Shown: positions 7,307 to 16,414 of the stretch, piece by piece
How the letters are laid out: each line of letters opens with the position of its first letter
Position numbering within the stretch: position 1 is the stretch's first letter
IMG/VR virus record: IMGVR_UViG_3300045988_184100
Location: 33,784-97,783 of that record
Length of the DNA stretch: 64,000 nucleotides
Strand: one strand, 5' to 3'
Source: a virus
Notes under the pieces: model-generated
Seen by the model: the letters and a program-made list of their open reading frames with translations, nothing else
Database searches by the model: none
What the model was told of the DNA's origin: nothing
Translations under genes and position numbers: made by a program

Positions 7307-7340
7307 AAAAAGAGGCAGGCGAAAGCCGCCTCTTTTTTCT
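7304..7340 (+). terminator. Intrinsic terminator ending the recG operon
   Basis: AGAGGCAGGCGAAAGCCGCCTCT followed by TTTTTTCT. Confidence 0.6.
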
Positions 7341-7349
7341 CTGCTATTG

Positions 7350-7484
7350 TTGACATTATAAATAATTGTGGTAGTATAATAGTATAATTACGAAGATATT
7401 TTTATAAGGAGACTTATCTCCGCTTCCAGTCACACCAAGTATTCAAGACAGTTATCCCAAGACAGGGATAGCTGTCTTTTTATA
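7350..7484 (+). promoter_or_regulatory. Island module copy 1: strong promoter (TTGACA-17-TAGTATAAT), conserved leader with a hairpin that sequesters an SD-like sequence, and an intrinsic terminator
   Basis: TTGACATTATAAATAATTGTGGTAGTATAATAGTATAATTACGAAGATATTTTTATAAGGAGACTTATCTCCG ... GACAGTTATCCC-AAGACA-GGGATAGCTGTC followed by TTTTT. Confidence 0.6.
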
Positions 7485-7527
7485 TATTTTTTTTACATTA
7501 CAACACAATAAGAAAGGAGAAAACATA

Positions 7528-7794
7528 ATGGCACAGGCAAAAATGGTTTTCAGCTATCTCGGCCCCGTTCGTGTCTATGACGACATTACCACAAATAAGT
7601 GGGGCGGGACGACTATGGCGGTTTCTGAGAAACAGGCTCGTAACAACTTGGCCCACCAGTATCGAAAACAGCGCGGATTGCTCCAGTGTGTGCCTGTCAA
7701 AATGACGGGTGAGTTGACAAGCTACAACGCACCGATAATGCCGCCGTTCAGGTCCAAGCGGAGACCTTCGTATCGCGGAGGTGAAGCGCAATGA
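7528..7794 (+). CDS. Hypothetical protein (88 aa)
   Basis: ORF with AAAGGAGAAAAC Shine-Dalgarno. Confidence 0.45.
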   Translation: MAQAKMVFSYLGPVRVYDDITTNKWGGTTMAVSEKQARNNLAHQYRKQRGLLQCVPVKMTGELTSYNAPIMPPFRSKRRPSYRGGEAQ

Positions 7795-8063
7795 TGTGGA
7801 ATGGAAAGTGGAACGGAGCAAATGCCATCGTAGTTCACACGCCGCAGAGCTTTCGGTCGTTCAAGCGAGCTATCCGTTCTCTTGGCGATGTGTGGGCTGA
7901 CTGGAATCATGTGTATTTCAGTCAGTGCAGAGATTTGTACTCCGCAGCATACCTTCCCTGCTATCCAGACAAGAGTCCCGAAGATAGCACAATCACCTAT
8001 CACTGGCTCAAGGAAACTTGGTCCAAAGAAGGTCCTCGTGCCGTAGGCATGAACATTCAATAA
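7791..8063 (+). CDS. Hypothetical protein (90 aa)
   Basis: ORF overlapping the upstream stop (ATGA). Confidence 0.4.
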   Translation: MMWNGKWNGANAIVVHTPQSFRSFKRAIRSLGDVWADWNHVYFSQCRDLYSAAYLPCYPDKSPEDSTITYHWLKETWSKEGPRAVGMNIQ

Positions 8064-8079
8064 ACGAGGAGGAGAAGCT

Positions 8080-8283
8080 ATGTCTACACCGCTGTATGAG
8101 TTAATTGAGAGAGCCGAGCGTATGGATTCCATCTACTCCGAGCGCTACACATCTTTCTCTTCTGAACAGGATAGGCGTGCGAAGCAGTGTATTGCGGAGG
8201 CTCGCGAAGCTATCGAAGAGCAGCGAAAAATCTGCGAAAGACGACGCCAGCAGGCAGCCGTAACACTGTCTCGGCAACATTGA
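8080..8283 (+). CDS. Hypothetical protein (67 aa)
   Basis: ORF with AGGAGGAG Shine-Dalgarno. Confidence 0.4.
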   Translation: MSTPLYELIERAERMDSIYSERYTSFSSEQDRRAKQCIAEAREAIEEQRKICERRRQQAAVTLSRQH

Positions 8284-8304
8284 AAAGAAAGGAGTAAATT
8301 CATT

Positions 8305-8520
8305 GTGAAAGTAAAAAAGAAAATTCGTTACGCCGGCGAATGCTGCATTTGCCACGAACCCATTGAGGTTGGCGAAGAATATGTCGAGGCACCTTACGAA
8401 AACAAACAGTGTCATATCGACTGCATGGAGACAGAGCCGCTTAAAGCGGTTCTGTCTTTTTTCGGCATTCCGTCGTGTGTAACCAATTCTGAAGGAAAGG
8501 AGACAAGAATCTATGGGTAG
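8305..8520 (+). CDS. Small Cys-rich (CxxC...C..C) protein, candidate antitoxin or partner of the downstream MazF-like gene
   Basis: GTG start after AAAGGAG. Its last 8 nt overlap the toxin gene start. Confidence 0.35.
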   Translation: MKVKKKIRYAGECCICHEPIEVGEEYVEAPYENKQCHIDCMETEPLKAVLSFFGIPSCVTNSEGKETRIYG

Positions 8521-9094
8521 AAATGGAAATATCCGCAGGGGCGATGTATTTTGGGTCAATGCGAAAGAAATCGAAATCTTTTCCCCTTGGGCCCCGGAAG
8601 GAAGTCAGTTCCGCGATAAAGACGGACATCCTTCCAATAGCTCTGTTATCAGAGGACATCGTCCCGCAATCGTTGTATCTTCGGATGACCTGAACCGCTA
8701 CAGCAGTGTAGTGGAGGTCGTATTTACAACATCATCTCCAAAGATGCAGCAGCCCTCCCATGTACTCATCACGAGCACGAGCCGCCCAAGCACAGCACTG
8801 TGCGAGCAGCCGATGGCAGTTTCTGTCAATGAGCTGGGGGCCTATATCTGCCACCTGACTGAAGCGGAGCTGGTAGACATCGACGCCGCGCTGTACTACA
8901 GCATGGGGCTGAGTGCTCGTGTGAACGACAATGATGATAATACATGGCGTGCGCGGTATGAAACCATGCACAGGGCATATTCCGAGATGCTTGTCCATGT
9001 TATGCGAATCATGGACAGCAACAACAAGCGGGCCACACCGTACCCCGCAGCCACCGTTGGAAGAAGAAAGGAGCAAGCCGAAAATGAGGGGTAA
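8513..9094 (+). CDS. MazF/PemK-family toxin-like protein with an insertion and a C-terminal extension (193 aa)
   Basis: RGDVFWV ... RPAIVVSSDDLN ... VVEVVFTTS matches the PemK/MazF core (RPxxVxS..N....V..TT). Confidence 0.5.
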   Translation: MGRNGNIRRGDVFWVNAKEIEIFSPWAPEGSQFRDKDGHPSNSSVIRGHRPAIVVSSDDLNRYSSVVEVVFTTSSPKMQQPSHVLITSTSRPSTALCEQPMAVSVNELGAYICHLTEAELVDIDAALYYSMGLSARVNDNDDNTWRARYETMHRAYSEMLVHVMRIMDSNNKRATPYPAATVGRRKEQAENEG

Positions 9095-9356
9095 TCCTAT
9101 CTTCATCGTGTTTGCCTGTGACGCTTGGAAAGCAACAGACTCTATGCGTCTGGTTTCTGCGACGACTTCCCGCGCAAAGCTGAAGGAGCTTGTGGCAACC
9201 TGCGTCGAGTCCGAGACGTTTGAGTACGGCGAAGACTCCGTAGAGGCCGCTGCGACGCAGCTCCGCAAGGACTTTGATAGCGGATTAAGTATCTACGACA
9301 TCAACAACAACCTCAGATTCGGTATTATAACCGCTGCCGAGGATGGCGAGATGTAA
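9084..9356 (+). CDS. Hypothetical protein (90 aa)
   Basis: ATG 8 nt after GAAGGAG. Overlaps the toxin gene end by 11 nt. Confidence 0.4.
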   Translation: MRGNPIFIVFACDAWKATDSMRLVSATTSRAKLKELVATCVESETFEYGEDSVEAAATQLRKDFDSGLSIYDINNNLRFGIITAAEDGEM

Positions 9357-9372
9357 GAAAGGAGATGTAAAA

Positions 9373-10332
9373 ATGGGATACACTATCATTGATGCCCGCT
9401 CTTTCATCAAGACAACTCGTGGTATCATTCCCCTTGCCTTGGGTGGCAGCAACAACTGCTCCGAGTTTATCTACGACAGGAATTTCAAGCCGCGAGAGGT
9501 TCGCGAGCGCCACTGGTTCTTGCTGGGAGGAATCAATCTTCTGGAACTTCCTGAGGACGAATTTGTGGCGAAGGTGAATACCACCTTCCCCGACACCGAT
9601 GATGAGTGCTGGAAGATGAACAGCAAGTGGGTCACTTGCTCTCAGGCACGGAAATGGTTTGCTCGCGCCGCAAAGGATGCCGCCACGCTGGAGGACATCC
9701 TCGCCGCCAATCCCGGCGTCAACGACCTGAATGTAGGGCTGATGCCCTATACGTCCGGCGACCATCTGCTGTGGAGGTATGTCAGAACAACGGATGAGCT
9801 GGAAGTCTGGCTGGATGAGGCACGGGAACTGGTAAAAGAACACAAGGACCACTACATCTTCATGTCGTTCAGCGGAACACAGCGCGGCGAGCGCCTGCGA
9901 CCTGCCAGAGCGCGGGATGTAAAGGGTCCGCTTGTAGTTCAAAAGCGCAACGCGGGCTATGTGCGTGCGTTTGATAATGTGATTGGAAGAATAACTGTGC
10001 ATTTCACAAAGGATGTCAGAGATGCCATTCACTACCCGTCTGCGGAAGCAGCTACGGCAGCAATGGGAGAGGTTATCAGCGTAATGGGACTTGAGTTCAA
10101 GACCGTAACGCGCAAGATGACGGCGCCTCGGCCCTATGTCGTTATGTGTACGGAAAAGGCATACGCAGGGAAGTATGTGAAGAAATCCGTGAAGAACAAC
10201 CTCCAGTACACGTCCTCCGTGGATGATGCTCAGAGGTTTATCAGTGAGAAAGACGCTGAGGCAAAGATTTCTTCCTTGCGAGGCAAATTTCTCAGCGCAC
10301 AGTATCTTAAACCAGTTTACGTAGAAGCGTGA
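9373..10332 (+). CDS. Hypothetical protein (319 aa)
   Basis: ATG after GAAAGGAG. The six-frame track begins at 9343. Confidence 0.45.
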   Translation: MGYTIIDARSFIKTTRGIIPLALGGSNNCSEFIYDRNFKPREVRERHWFLLGGINLLELPEDEFVAKVNTTFPDTDDECWKMNSKWVTCSQARKWFARAAKDAATLEDILAANPGVNDLNVGLMPYTSGDHLLWRYVRTTDELEVWLDEARELVKEHKDHYIFMSFSGTQRGERLRPARARDVKGPLVVQKRNAGYVRAFDNVIGRITVHFTKDVRDAIHYPSAEAATAAMGEVISVMGLEFKTVTRKMTAPRPYVVMCTEKAYAGKYVKKSVKNNLQYTSSVDDAQRFISEKDAEAKISSLRGKFLSAQYLKPVYVEA

Positions 10333-10343
10333 ACAACAAGCCT

Positions 10344-10377
10344 AAAAAAAGAGCCGCTATGCGGCTCTTTTCTTTTG
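10344..10377 (+). terminator. Intrinsic terminator
   Basis: AAAAAAAGAGCCGCTATGCGGCTCTTTTCTTTTG. Confidence 0.6.
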
Positions 10378-10388
10378 CGCCGAAACCG

Positions 10389-10525
10389 TTGACATTATAA
10401 GGAAATGTGGTAGTATAGTAGTATAATTACGAAGATATTTTTATAAGGAGCTTTGTCTCCGTTTTCAGTCACATCATCACATTCAAGGCAGTTGTTCTCT
10501 TTTGAGAACGACTGTCTTTTTATAT
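10389..10525 (+). promoter_or_regulatory. Island module copy 2: promoter, leader and terminator
   Basis: Same promoter and leader as copy 1. The terminator stem GCAGTTGTTCTC/GAGAACGACTGTC covaries with the other copies. Confidence 0.6.
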
Positions 10526-10584
10526 ATTCACTACATTTTTGTTCCCATAAGACCTTAACACAGGCTGGGAGAAAGGAGAAAAAT

Positions 10585-11337
10585 ATGGCATATATCTGTG
10601 AAAAGCCTGCTGGTTCCTGTGCGTTATGTGAGCACTATCGTTTCGATGAGGAAAAGGGACGAAAAGTGTGCTTTGCCGCTGTGGATAAGTGTGAGGCAGA
10701 AAAAAAAGCAGCCGAGCTGAAGGTCGTTGCGTCGAAATCCGGATGTGATAAGGCAGAGAACACCTGCATCTCCTGTGAGAAGTATGTGTGGGACGACAAA
10801 GTGGCGCGTTACGTGTGTCTCGAAGGCGAGGATGCAGCGAGAACTGCAACCCTTCCCAGCAGAAGATACGCGATGCTTTTTGTGAGCCACTCCCCTATCG
10901 GCGAAAGCTCTCTCGTGGATGTGTGTGCGTTGTCCTTCGACACACTGGATGAGGCTCGCGTGGGCGTTGAGTTGGTAAAGAACGCGCACACACACGTCAG
11001 CAACCAGTTCAGAGGCAGACGCGGTCTTTTCCCGTTTGCCGGTGAAATGCTCTCCGATGAGGAGTGCCGCCGTGTGTTCGGCGCAAAGGTTCTCTGTGCG
11101 TATTCCCTCTACTACACGGATGAGTACGATGCAAGCGTCAAGGCGAGAGCTTTTTCCTACCTCGCGGTAGAGGCCGAAAATGCGCGGGATGTTATCCGGC
11201 GTCTTCTGCATCACAATTTGGACTGTGGCACCTGCCAGACCTTCGTTGATGAGGGTTGCGAAACCTATCACGACTGCCCTTACCACGGCGAGTGCGCCAA
11301 GTTGGGCGATGTCTGGGTAGAAAGAAAGGCGGTGTAA
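10585..11337 (+). CDS. Cys-rich hypothetical protein (250 aa)
   Basis: ATG after the conserved CACAGGCTGGGAGAAAGGAGAAAA element. Confidence 0.45.
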   Translation: MAYICEKPAGSCALCEHYRFDEEKGRKVCFAAVDKCEAEKKAAELKVVASKSGCDKAENTCISCEKYVWDDKVARYVCLEGEDAARTATLPSRRYAMLFVSHSPIGESSLVDVCALSFDTLDEARVGVELVKNAHTHVSNQFRGRRGLFPFAGEMLSDEECRRVFGAKVLCAYSLYYTDEYDASVKARAFSYLAVEAENARDVIRRLLHHNLDCGTCQTFVDEGCETYHDCPYHGECAKLGDVWVERKAV

Positions 11338-11339
11338 GA

Positions 11340-11672
11340 ATGTTGCTTTCTGTAAAGCTGAAAAACGGACTTACCTCTCTGGCAGAACAGATGGGCATGG
11401 ACATTACCACGCACCTGAAGAACATCACAGTCAACGGACAGAAGCGCGGCTGCTCTGGCTTCGTGACTTGCGGAGAGAGTTGCGTCTATGTAACAACCGA
11501 GCACTCTTGCTATGGACCTATTTCCGACAAATCCATGTGCCGCTATGCCAAGAATACAGAGGATTTCTCCAGCAACGGTCTGAAAAACGGCTATAACCAG
11601 TTTGTGGCCGACGATTTATTGGCCGCAAAAGTCATTTCCATGCTCAAAAACGGCAAAGGCATCCCCCGCTGA
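11340..11672 (+). CDS. Hypothetical protein (110 aa)
   Basis: ATG after AGAAAGAAAGG. Abuts the upstream stop. Confidence 0.4.
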   Translation: MLLSVKLKNGLTSLAEQMGMDITTHLKNITVNGQKRGCSGFVTCGESCVYVTTEHSCYGPISDKSMCRYAKNTEDFSSNGLKNGYNQFVADDLLAAKVISMLKNGKGIPR

Positions 11673-11700
11673 GGGGGATGCCGGCAGAAAGGAGGCTCCC

Positions 11701-12252
11701 GTGAGGAAGGACTACATTAGATTTCCCGCAAGGATGAAACAGCTCGTCAGCTTCACGGGCATGACTATTGAAAACAAGGGTAACTGTTATCCTACCGACA
11801 TAGACGGACTCATTGAGTATCACGACAAGGGGTATGTTTTCTTTGAGGTGAAGCATCGTAATGCCGCAATGCCTTATGGTCAGAGACTCGCGCTGCAGCG
11901 CATGGTGGAGGATGCTTCCAGAATTGGAAAGACATCTATCGCCATCGTGTGTGAACATACGGTAGACAATCCCCTCATTCCCGTCACAGTTGCAACGTGT
12001 CGGGTCAGGGAAATCTACTATTCTAAGGAGCATCGTTGGCGGGCACCAAAATACCCCACAATGACCGTGAGACAAGCGGTAGATGGGTTTCTCTACACGC
12101 CAAGCGTTCAGCAATACAGAACGCCCTCTGGCGGCATTAGCACCCTCGTGGTGGCTCAGGTAGCGAGAGGAGGGGCTATCCCCTTCCCTCCCGCCTACCC
12201 AGCCGCACAGAGCTACGGTGCTGTGCCTGATACGCTGAGGCAGAGCAGTTGA
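11701..12252 (+). CDS. VRR-NUC-like or PD-(D/E)xK nuclease-fold protein (possible)
   Basis: DIDGLIEYHDKGYVFFEVKHRNA...QRLALQ fits the D...E-V-K...Q pattern of VRR-NUC. GTG start 5 nt after AAAGGAGG. Confidence 0.35.
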   Translation: MRKDYIRFPARMKQLVSFTGMTIENKGNCYPTDIDGLIEYHDKGYVFFEVKHRNAAMPYGQRLALQRMVEDASRIGKTSIAIVCEHTVDNPLIPVTVATCRVREIYYSKEHRWRAPKYPTMTVRQAVDGFLYTPSVQQYRTPSGGISTLVVAQVARGGAIPFPPAYPAAQSYGAVPDTLRQSS

Positions 12253-12283
12253 AATCCGCGAAAAAAAAAGAAAGGAGAACAAC

Positions 12284-12736
12284 ATGGGAAGAAACAAGGT
12301 TTTGTCCCGCGATGAGGTTGTAAAGAACCTGAAGAGACAACTCACCGAGTGTGACATTAACGACATCCCAACGGACGCAATTCGACACTTGCAGATGGCG
12401 AGAATTATCTGCGAGTGCAATTATGTGTTCCTCGATGATGTTATCGAGACTCTGGCGAATTGGCTGAAAATGGATACCGGTGAAATTCCAAAGGGTGCGA
12501 TATCGCTCCTGCAGGACGCACTGGATGCCTGTCGCGGAACCTCACCACATAAGCGGCGCAAGGTAAGCGTAGAAGGCACCGATACACCGTCAGAGGTGTT
12601 CGACGAGCTCCTGTTTCTTGGAGATGTCACCGGATTGCTCGGTGAATGGTTTGACATGGACACTCAAGACATTCCTGAGACGGCGTTGGCTGCGCTGCAT
12701 AAGGTTTACGACCTTTGTTGTCAGGAATATGAGTGA
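12284..12736 (+). CDS. Hypothetical protein (150 aa)
   Basis: ORF with GAAAGGAGAA Shine-Dalgarno. Confidence 0.45.
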   Translation: MGRNKVLSRDEVVKNLKRQLTECDINDIPTDAIRHLQMARIICECNYVFLDDVIETLANWLKMDTGEIPKGAISLLQDALDACRGTSPHKRRKVSVEGTDTPSEVFDELLFLGDVTGLLGEWFDMDTQDIPETALAALHKVYDLCCQEYE

Positions 12737-12766
12737 CCCCGCGAGGAAAAGAAAGGAGAAAAAAAT

Positions 12767-13504
12767 ATGCCCAGAAAGGAACCTTATGAGCGGCGAATCT
12801 GCCTCTCACATTGTCCTGTCAAAGAGTGCGACACAGACATCTATCGTGGCTCTCGTTGCAAGGAACTGCGCGAGAAAGCCGGCATCCATTTTGACCCCGA
12901 TGCCTTTAAGGGCAAAAAGCCTAAGCCCATTATTTTCAACGGAGAGATGGTTCGAGCCATCCGTGAGGGTCACAAGACGGTAACACGCCGTGGTGCGTTT
13001 CACTTCGCCGGCAAACGAGCGGAAGGTCTGTACCGTGACGGTGATGGGCGTCTCGTGGCAGCCTTTGCTGATACGGATGCTGTCATCCGCAGCTTTCGCG
13101 CCCCGTTTGATAAGGGCGATATCCTGTATGTCCGTGAGACGACTTGTGCCTGCGATTTCAACCGCTGGCTCTACAAGGCCGATTATTCGGATGAGGATTT
13201 GAAAAACTCCCCTGAGGTGAGTTCCCTCATTCACTGGACACCATCCATTCATATGCCCAAAGAGGCGGCACGCATTTTCCTGCGTGTGACGGATGTGCGG
13301 TTGGAACATTTGAATGACATGAAGGACGAGGACTTCACTAAGGAGGGCATCACCTGTGACAGTACCTCCGGCGAGAACACCATGTCCCTTCAGGAGAAGT
13401 TTATCGAGCTGTGGGACAGCACGATTCCCGAACACAAGGCCCTGTCCAAGTGGGACGGAAACCCGTGGGTATGGGTCATTGAGTTCGAGGAGGTGCAGTT
13501 CTGA
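12767..13504 (+). CDS. ASCH-domain protein
   Basis: IIFNGEMVRAIREGHKTVTRRG matches the ASCH core. Confidence 0.5.
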   Translation: MPRKEPYERRICLSHCPVKECDTDIYRGSRCKELREKAGIHFDPDAFKGKKPKPIIFNGEMVRAIREGHKTVTRRGAFHFAGKRAEGLYRDGDGRLVAAFADTDAVIRSFRAPFDKGDILYVRETTCACDFNRWLYKADYSDEDLKNSPEVSSLIHWTPSIHMPKEAARIFLRVTDVRLEHLNDMKDEDFTKEGITCDSTSGENTMSLQEKFIELWDSTIPEHKALSKWDGNPWVWVIEFEEVQF

Positions 13505-13803
13505 TGGCGACGGATTACCATGCAGTGATTCAGGAGAATATCCAAAAACAGAACGGCACCTACGAGTCCAATGCAAACCCGTTTGGCATCTGCGGCACCT
13601 GTGGCTGCGAGCTTGAACCGAGCTACTTCGTGGAGGAGGAAGAAATCATCCAGCATGGGGTGCGTTTCAAGACCGGTCGTATTCGGCGGGCTGTGGACTG
13701 TCTCGTTTGCCCCAACTGTCTCCGTACTGAATGTGTGGACGACAGCTTCGACGGTCCTTGGATGGATAAAGCCCAGTGGAAAAAGCTCCATGGGATGCAT
13801 TGA
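13504..13803 (+). CDS. Small zinc-ribbon protein (99 aa)
   Basis: CGTCGC ... CPNC cysteine pairs. ATG overlaps the upstream stop. Confidence 0.4.
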   Translation: MATDYHAVIQENIQKQNGTYESNANPFGICGTCGCELEPSYFVEEEEIIQHGVRFKTGRIRRAVDCLVCPNCLRTECVDDSFDGPWMDKAQWKKLHGMH

Positions 13804-13824
13804 AAAATGAAAGGAGAAAAAACA

Positions 13825-14328
13825 ATGAAAGAAATTCTGTTTCGCGGCCAGATTCGGCGGCATGGTGAGAAAGTTCGCATGGCAACCGGAGCACCCCTGC
13901 CGGGAATTTGGGTCTACGGGGGCGCCGCACGTCCCCATAACAGCCCGAAGGACTTCGCCATCATCTACACGTACTTGTCCGACACGGCTGAAAGCCGCGA
14001 TGTTTGCGGCGTCTACGCGGATACCGTTACGCAGTATACCGGTATCGACGACAAGGATGGAACCAAGGTATTCGAGGGAGACATTGTGGAGACTTTTGAG
14101 GGCTTCCACCCCACGGCTCGTTTTAACGAGCACACAGTCGTGTTCCGCAACGGTTCCTTTGGCCTGCTGGTTAGTGAGTCTTTGAAAACAAAAACGGCAG
14201 CAGAGCTGATGGACGAGGCTTACGACAACGGACATTTTGTTCCGTTTTGCAAGCTGCTCGGAACCAAAATCCGTGTTGTTGGCAACATCTTCGATGGCGT
14301 CGCTGATGAGACCGCAAGAAATGAATAA
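13825..14328 (+). CDS. YopX-family phage protein
   Basis: MKEILFRGQ ... VYGG ... DKDGTKVFEGDIV matches YopX. ATG after AAAGGAGAAAAAAC. Confidence 0.5.
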   Translation: MKEILFRGQIRRHGEKVRMATGAPLPGIWVYGGAARPHNSPKDFAIIYTYLSDTAESRDVCGVYADTVTQYTGIDDKDGTKVFEGDIVETFEGFHPTARFNEHTVVFRNGSFGLLVSESLKTKTAAELMDEAYDNGHFVPFCKLLGTKIRVVGNIFDGVADETARNE

Positions 14329-14337
14329 CTCGAATCT

Positions 14338-14371
14338 AAAAAGAAGCTCCTTTTGGGGCTTCTTTTTTTTG
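14338..14371 (+). terminator. Intrinsic terminator
   Basis: AAGAAGCTCCTTTTGGGGCTTCTTTTTTTT. Confidence 0.6.
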
Positions 14372-14382
14372 CGCCGTTTCCG

Positions 14383-14516
14383 TTGACATTATAAAGAATT
14401 GTGGTAGTATAGTAGTATAATTACGAAGATATTTTTATAAGGAGATTTATCTCCGTTTTCAGTCACATCATCATATTCAAGACAGTTGTTCTCATTTGGG
14501 AACGACTGTCTTTTTA
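14383..14516 (+). promoter_or_regulatory. Island module copy 3: promoter, leader and terminator
   Basis: TTGACATTATAAAGAATTGTGGTAGTATAGTAGTATAAT ... GACAGTTGTTC-TCATTTGG-GAACGACTGTC followed by TTTTT. Confidence 0.6.
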
Positions 14517-14553
14517 TATATTCAGAACAAATAAAAACGAAAGGAGAAAACGC

Positions 14554-14730
14554 ATGAAACAAAAGGAGCTTACCCAGTATGAGTGCGATACACACCCGTC
14601 TATCCATTATACAGGCAGCGTGCGCGGTATGAAAGCAAGCGGCTTGTGGGGAAAGAACGACGAATGTGTGCGTTGTGGTAATTATATCTACAACCTGTCT
14701 ATCACACTTGGGCCTTACAAGCAGATTTAG
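14554..14730 (+). CDS. Small protein (58 aa) with a CxxC pair; not in the ORF track because it is under 60 aa
   Basis: ATG 6 nt after GAAAGGAGAAAAC. Translated by hand as MKQKELTQYECDTHPSIHYTGSVRGMKASGLWGKNDECVRCGNYIYNLSITLGPYKQI. Confidence 0.4.
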   Translation: MKQKELTQYECDTHPSIHYTGSVRGMKASGLWGKNDECVRCGNYIYNLSITLGPYKQI

Positions 14731-14745
14731 AGAAAGGAGAATAAA

Positions 14746-15054
14746 ATGGATACATCTTCGCTGCACTTTGTTGACAGCACATTGTCTCAGTATCGGAACG
14801 AGTTGTTGTTCCACCCCCGCAAGAAGTTGCCCGCAAAAGACGTCAACGACGCTCTGAGGCGGCTGCTGGAAATAACGGGAGTACAGGGAAAGGTCAGGGA
14901 CACCCTGACTACCCACCTGAACGACAGGTGCGGATATGCCCGCGATTTGAGTAAGCCTACGCCCTCAATCGCACAGGTCATCTCCGCTATGGAATTCGCG
15001 TTGCAGTCGGTTTATGCCGACCGGCCTGTTATGGAAGGGGGTGCAAGAGCATGA
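14746..15054 (+). CDS. Hypothetical protein (102 aa)
   Basis: ORF with GAAAGGAGAATAAA Shine-Dalgarno. Confidence 0.45.
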   Translation: MDTSSLHFVDSTLSQYRNELLFHPRKKLPAKDVNDALRRLLEITGVQGKVRDTLTTHLNDRCGYARDLSKPTPSIAQVISAMEFALQSVYADRPVMEGGARA

Positions 15055-15260
15055 GTAAGCATCGCTGGACAATCGAAGAGCTGAAGAGCGTCAATGACGC
15101 TAAGTTTGCTATGGCGATTCTGATGGAGCGCCGCAGTGAGTTGTCGAATCCCTACACCCCGTTCGCACAGCGTCTCACCAGCGTCATCAATACACTGATG
15201 GACATGGCTGTGGATGGCGGGCTGACAGACGAAGAAAGGAGTAAGAACAATGGCCGCTGA
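15051..15260 (+). CDS. Hypothetical protein (69 aa)
   Basis: ORF overlapping the upstream stop. Confidence 0.35.
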   Translation: MSKHRWTIEELKSVNDAKFAMAILMERRSELSNPYTPFAQRLTSVINTLMDMAVDGGLTDEERSKNNGR

Positions 15261-15615
15261 AATGAGACTTTACCGCGTAACGGTTGTCGGCAGCAATGCC
15301 GAGAGGCAGCGTGGAAAAGTGGTGGATGAGGTCACAGTCAAGGTCGGAACCAAGTGGCTGACGGACGATAACGGTCGGCGTTACTACAAGGCACCGCTTG
15401 AGGATGCAAACCGAAACCTCTACTTCCAGCTCAACACCATGTACTGCATGGACTACCGGCTGTATCAGACAGAGCAGGCCGCCAAGGATTACCTTCGGCA
15501 AGCGGAACTGCGTGTGACGCTTTGCAGAGCCGTTGGCGACTTCGGCTTCAACGCCCCGTTGACCGTGTTGGAGAAGGTCATGGACATTCTCAAGGAAGGC
15601 GGGTGCCTGAAATGA
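15250..15615 (+). CDS. Hypothetical protein (121 aa)
   Basis: ORF overlapping the upstream stop. Confidence 0.4.
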   Translation: MAAEMRLYRVTVVGSNAERQRGKVVDEVTVKVGTKWLTDDNGRRYYKAPLEDANRNLYFQLNTMYCMDYRLYQTEQAAKDYLRQAELRVTLCRAVGDFGFNAPLTVLEKVMDILKEGGCLK

Positions 15616-16391
15616 GCACGAAAATCTTTGACGCTTGGCGCATCAATTCTACCGACATCGGAGAGTTGGTCAAGCTCGGCAACGAGATTCGGGAAGTGCA
15701 GCAGAAGTCCTTCGTGGACGCTGTCTACAACTCGCTCGATTTCTGCCAGCTCGCTATCATCTTTGCCAAAAAGTCTGTAGAGGCTGTTGAGGAGCTCAAA
15801 CCTTCGTTTGCGTCAATCGCCGCGAACGTCGTTCACAAGTGCGTTTTGATGTACGATTGGACGCCATCTTTCACGATGACGGATAACGCCAAAAGCTCTG
15901 CGGAACAGATTCTGCAGAAGGAGGCTCAGAAACGGAAGATTTCATTGACAGTAGAGCAGAAGAGAAATCTGCTCGACGTTATCACTGAAATCTACGAAAT
16001 CGTCTCCCGTGATTGGCAGGCGTCACTGCTGTTTCTCAGGGGCGATAATGGCAGTACCTACATGAAAGGGTTCAATCTCACCAGAGAAGCGGCCCATTTC
16101 ATCGACTCCCAATATCCCCGCTTTGAGTACACCGACCAGACGGAGATGAATATTTCAGACTTCAACGAGTACACACGGCAGTACATTGACGCTGCAAAGA
16201 CGGAAGAAGAGCGCTATGAGAGGCTCTTGGAGGCCCAGCACGAACGTGGAGAACTGTGGGACAAAGCATTCGCAGGCCAAAGTGTATGGCGCAATGCCGG
16301 TCTCTCCGTCTCTCTCGTGCCGGCACAGCTTCAGGAACAGTTCGTGACTATCCACTCCATCTGCAAAAAGGTGTTCGGCACCGAAGCCTAA
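15612..16391 (+). CDS. Hypothetical protein (259 aa)
   Basis: ATGA overlap with the upstream stop. Confidence 0.45.
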   Translation: MSTKIFDAWRINSTDIGELVKLGNEIREVQQKSFVDAVYNSLDFCQLAIIFAKKSVEAVEELKPSFASIAANVVHKCVLMYDWTPSFTMTDNAKSSAEQILQKEAQKRKISLTVEQKRNLLDVITEIYEIVSRDWQASLLFLRGDNGSTYMKGFNLTREAAHFIDSQYPRFEYTDQTEMNISDFNEYTRQYIDAAKTEEERYERLLEAQHERGELWDKAFAGQSVWRNAGLSVSLVPAQLQEQFVTIHSICKKVFGTEA

Positions 16392-16414
16392 CGAAAAAAG
16401 AAAGGAGAAAAATC

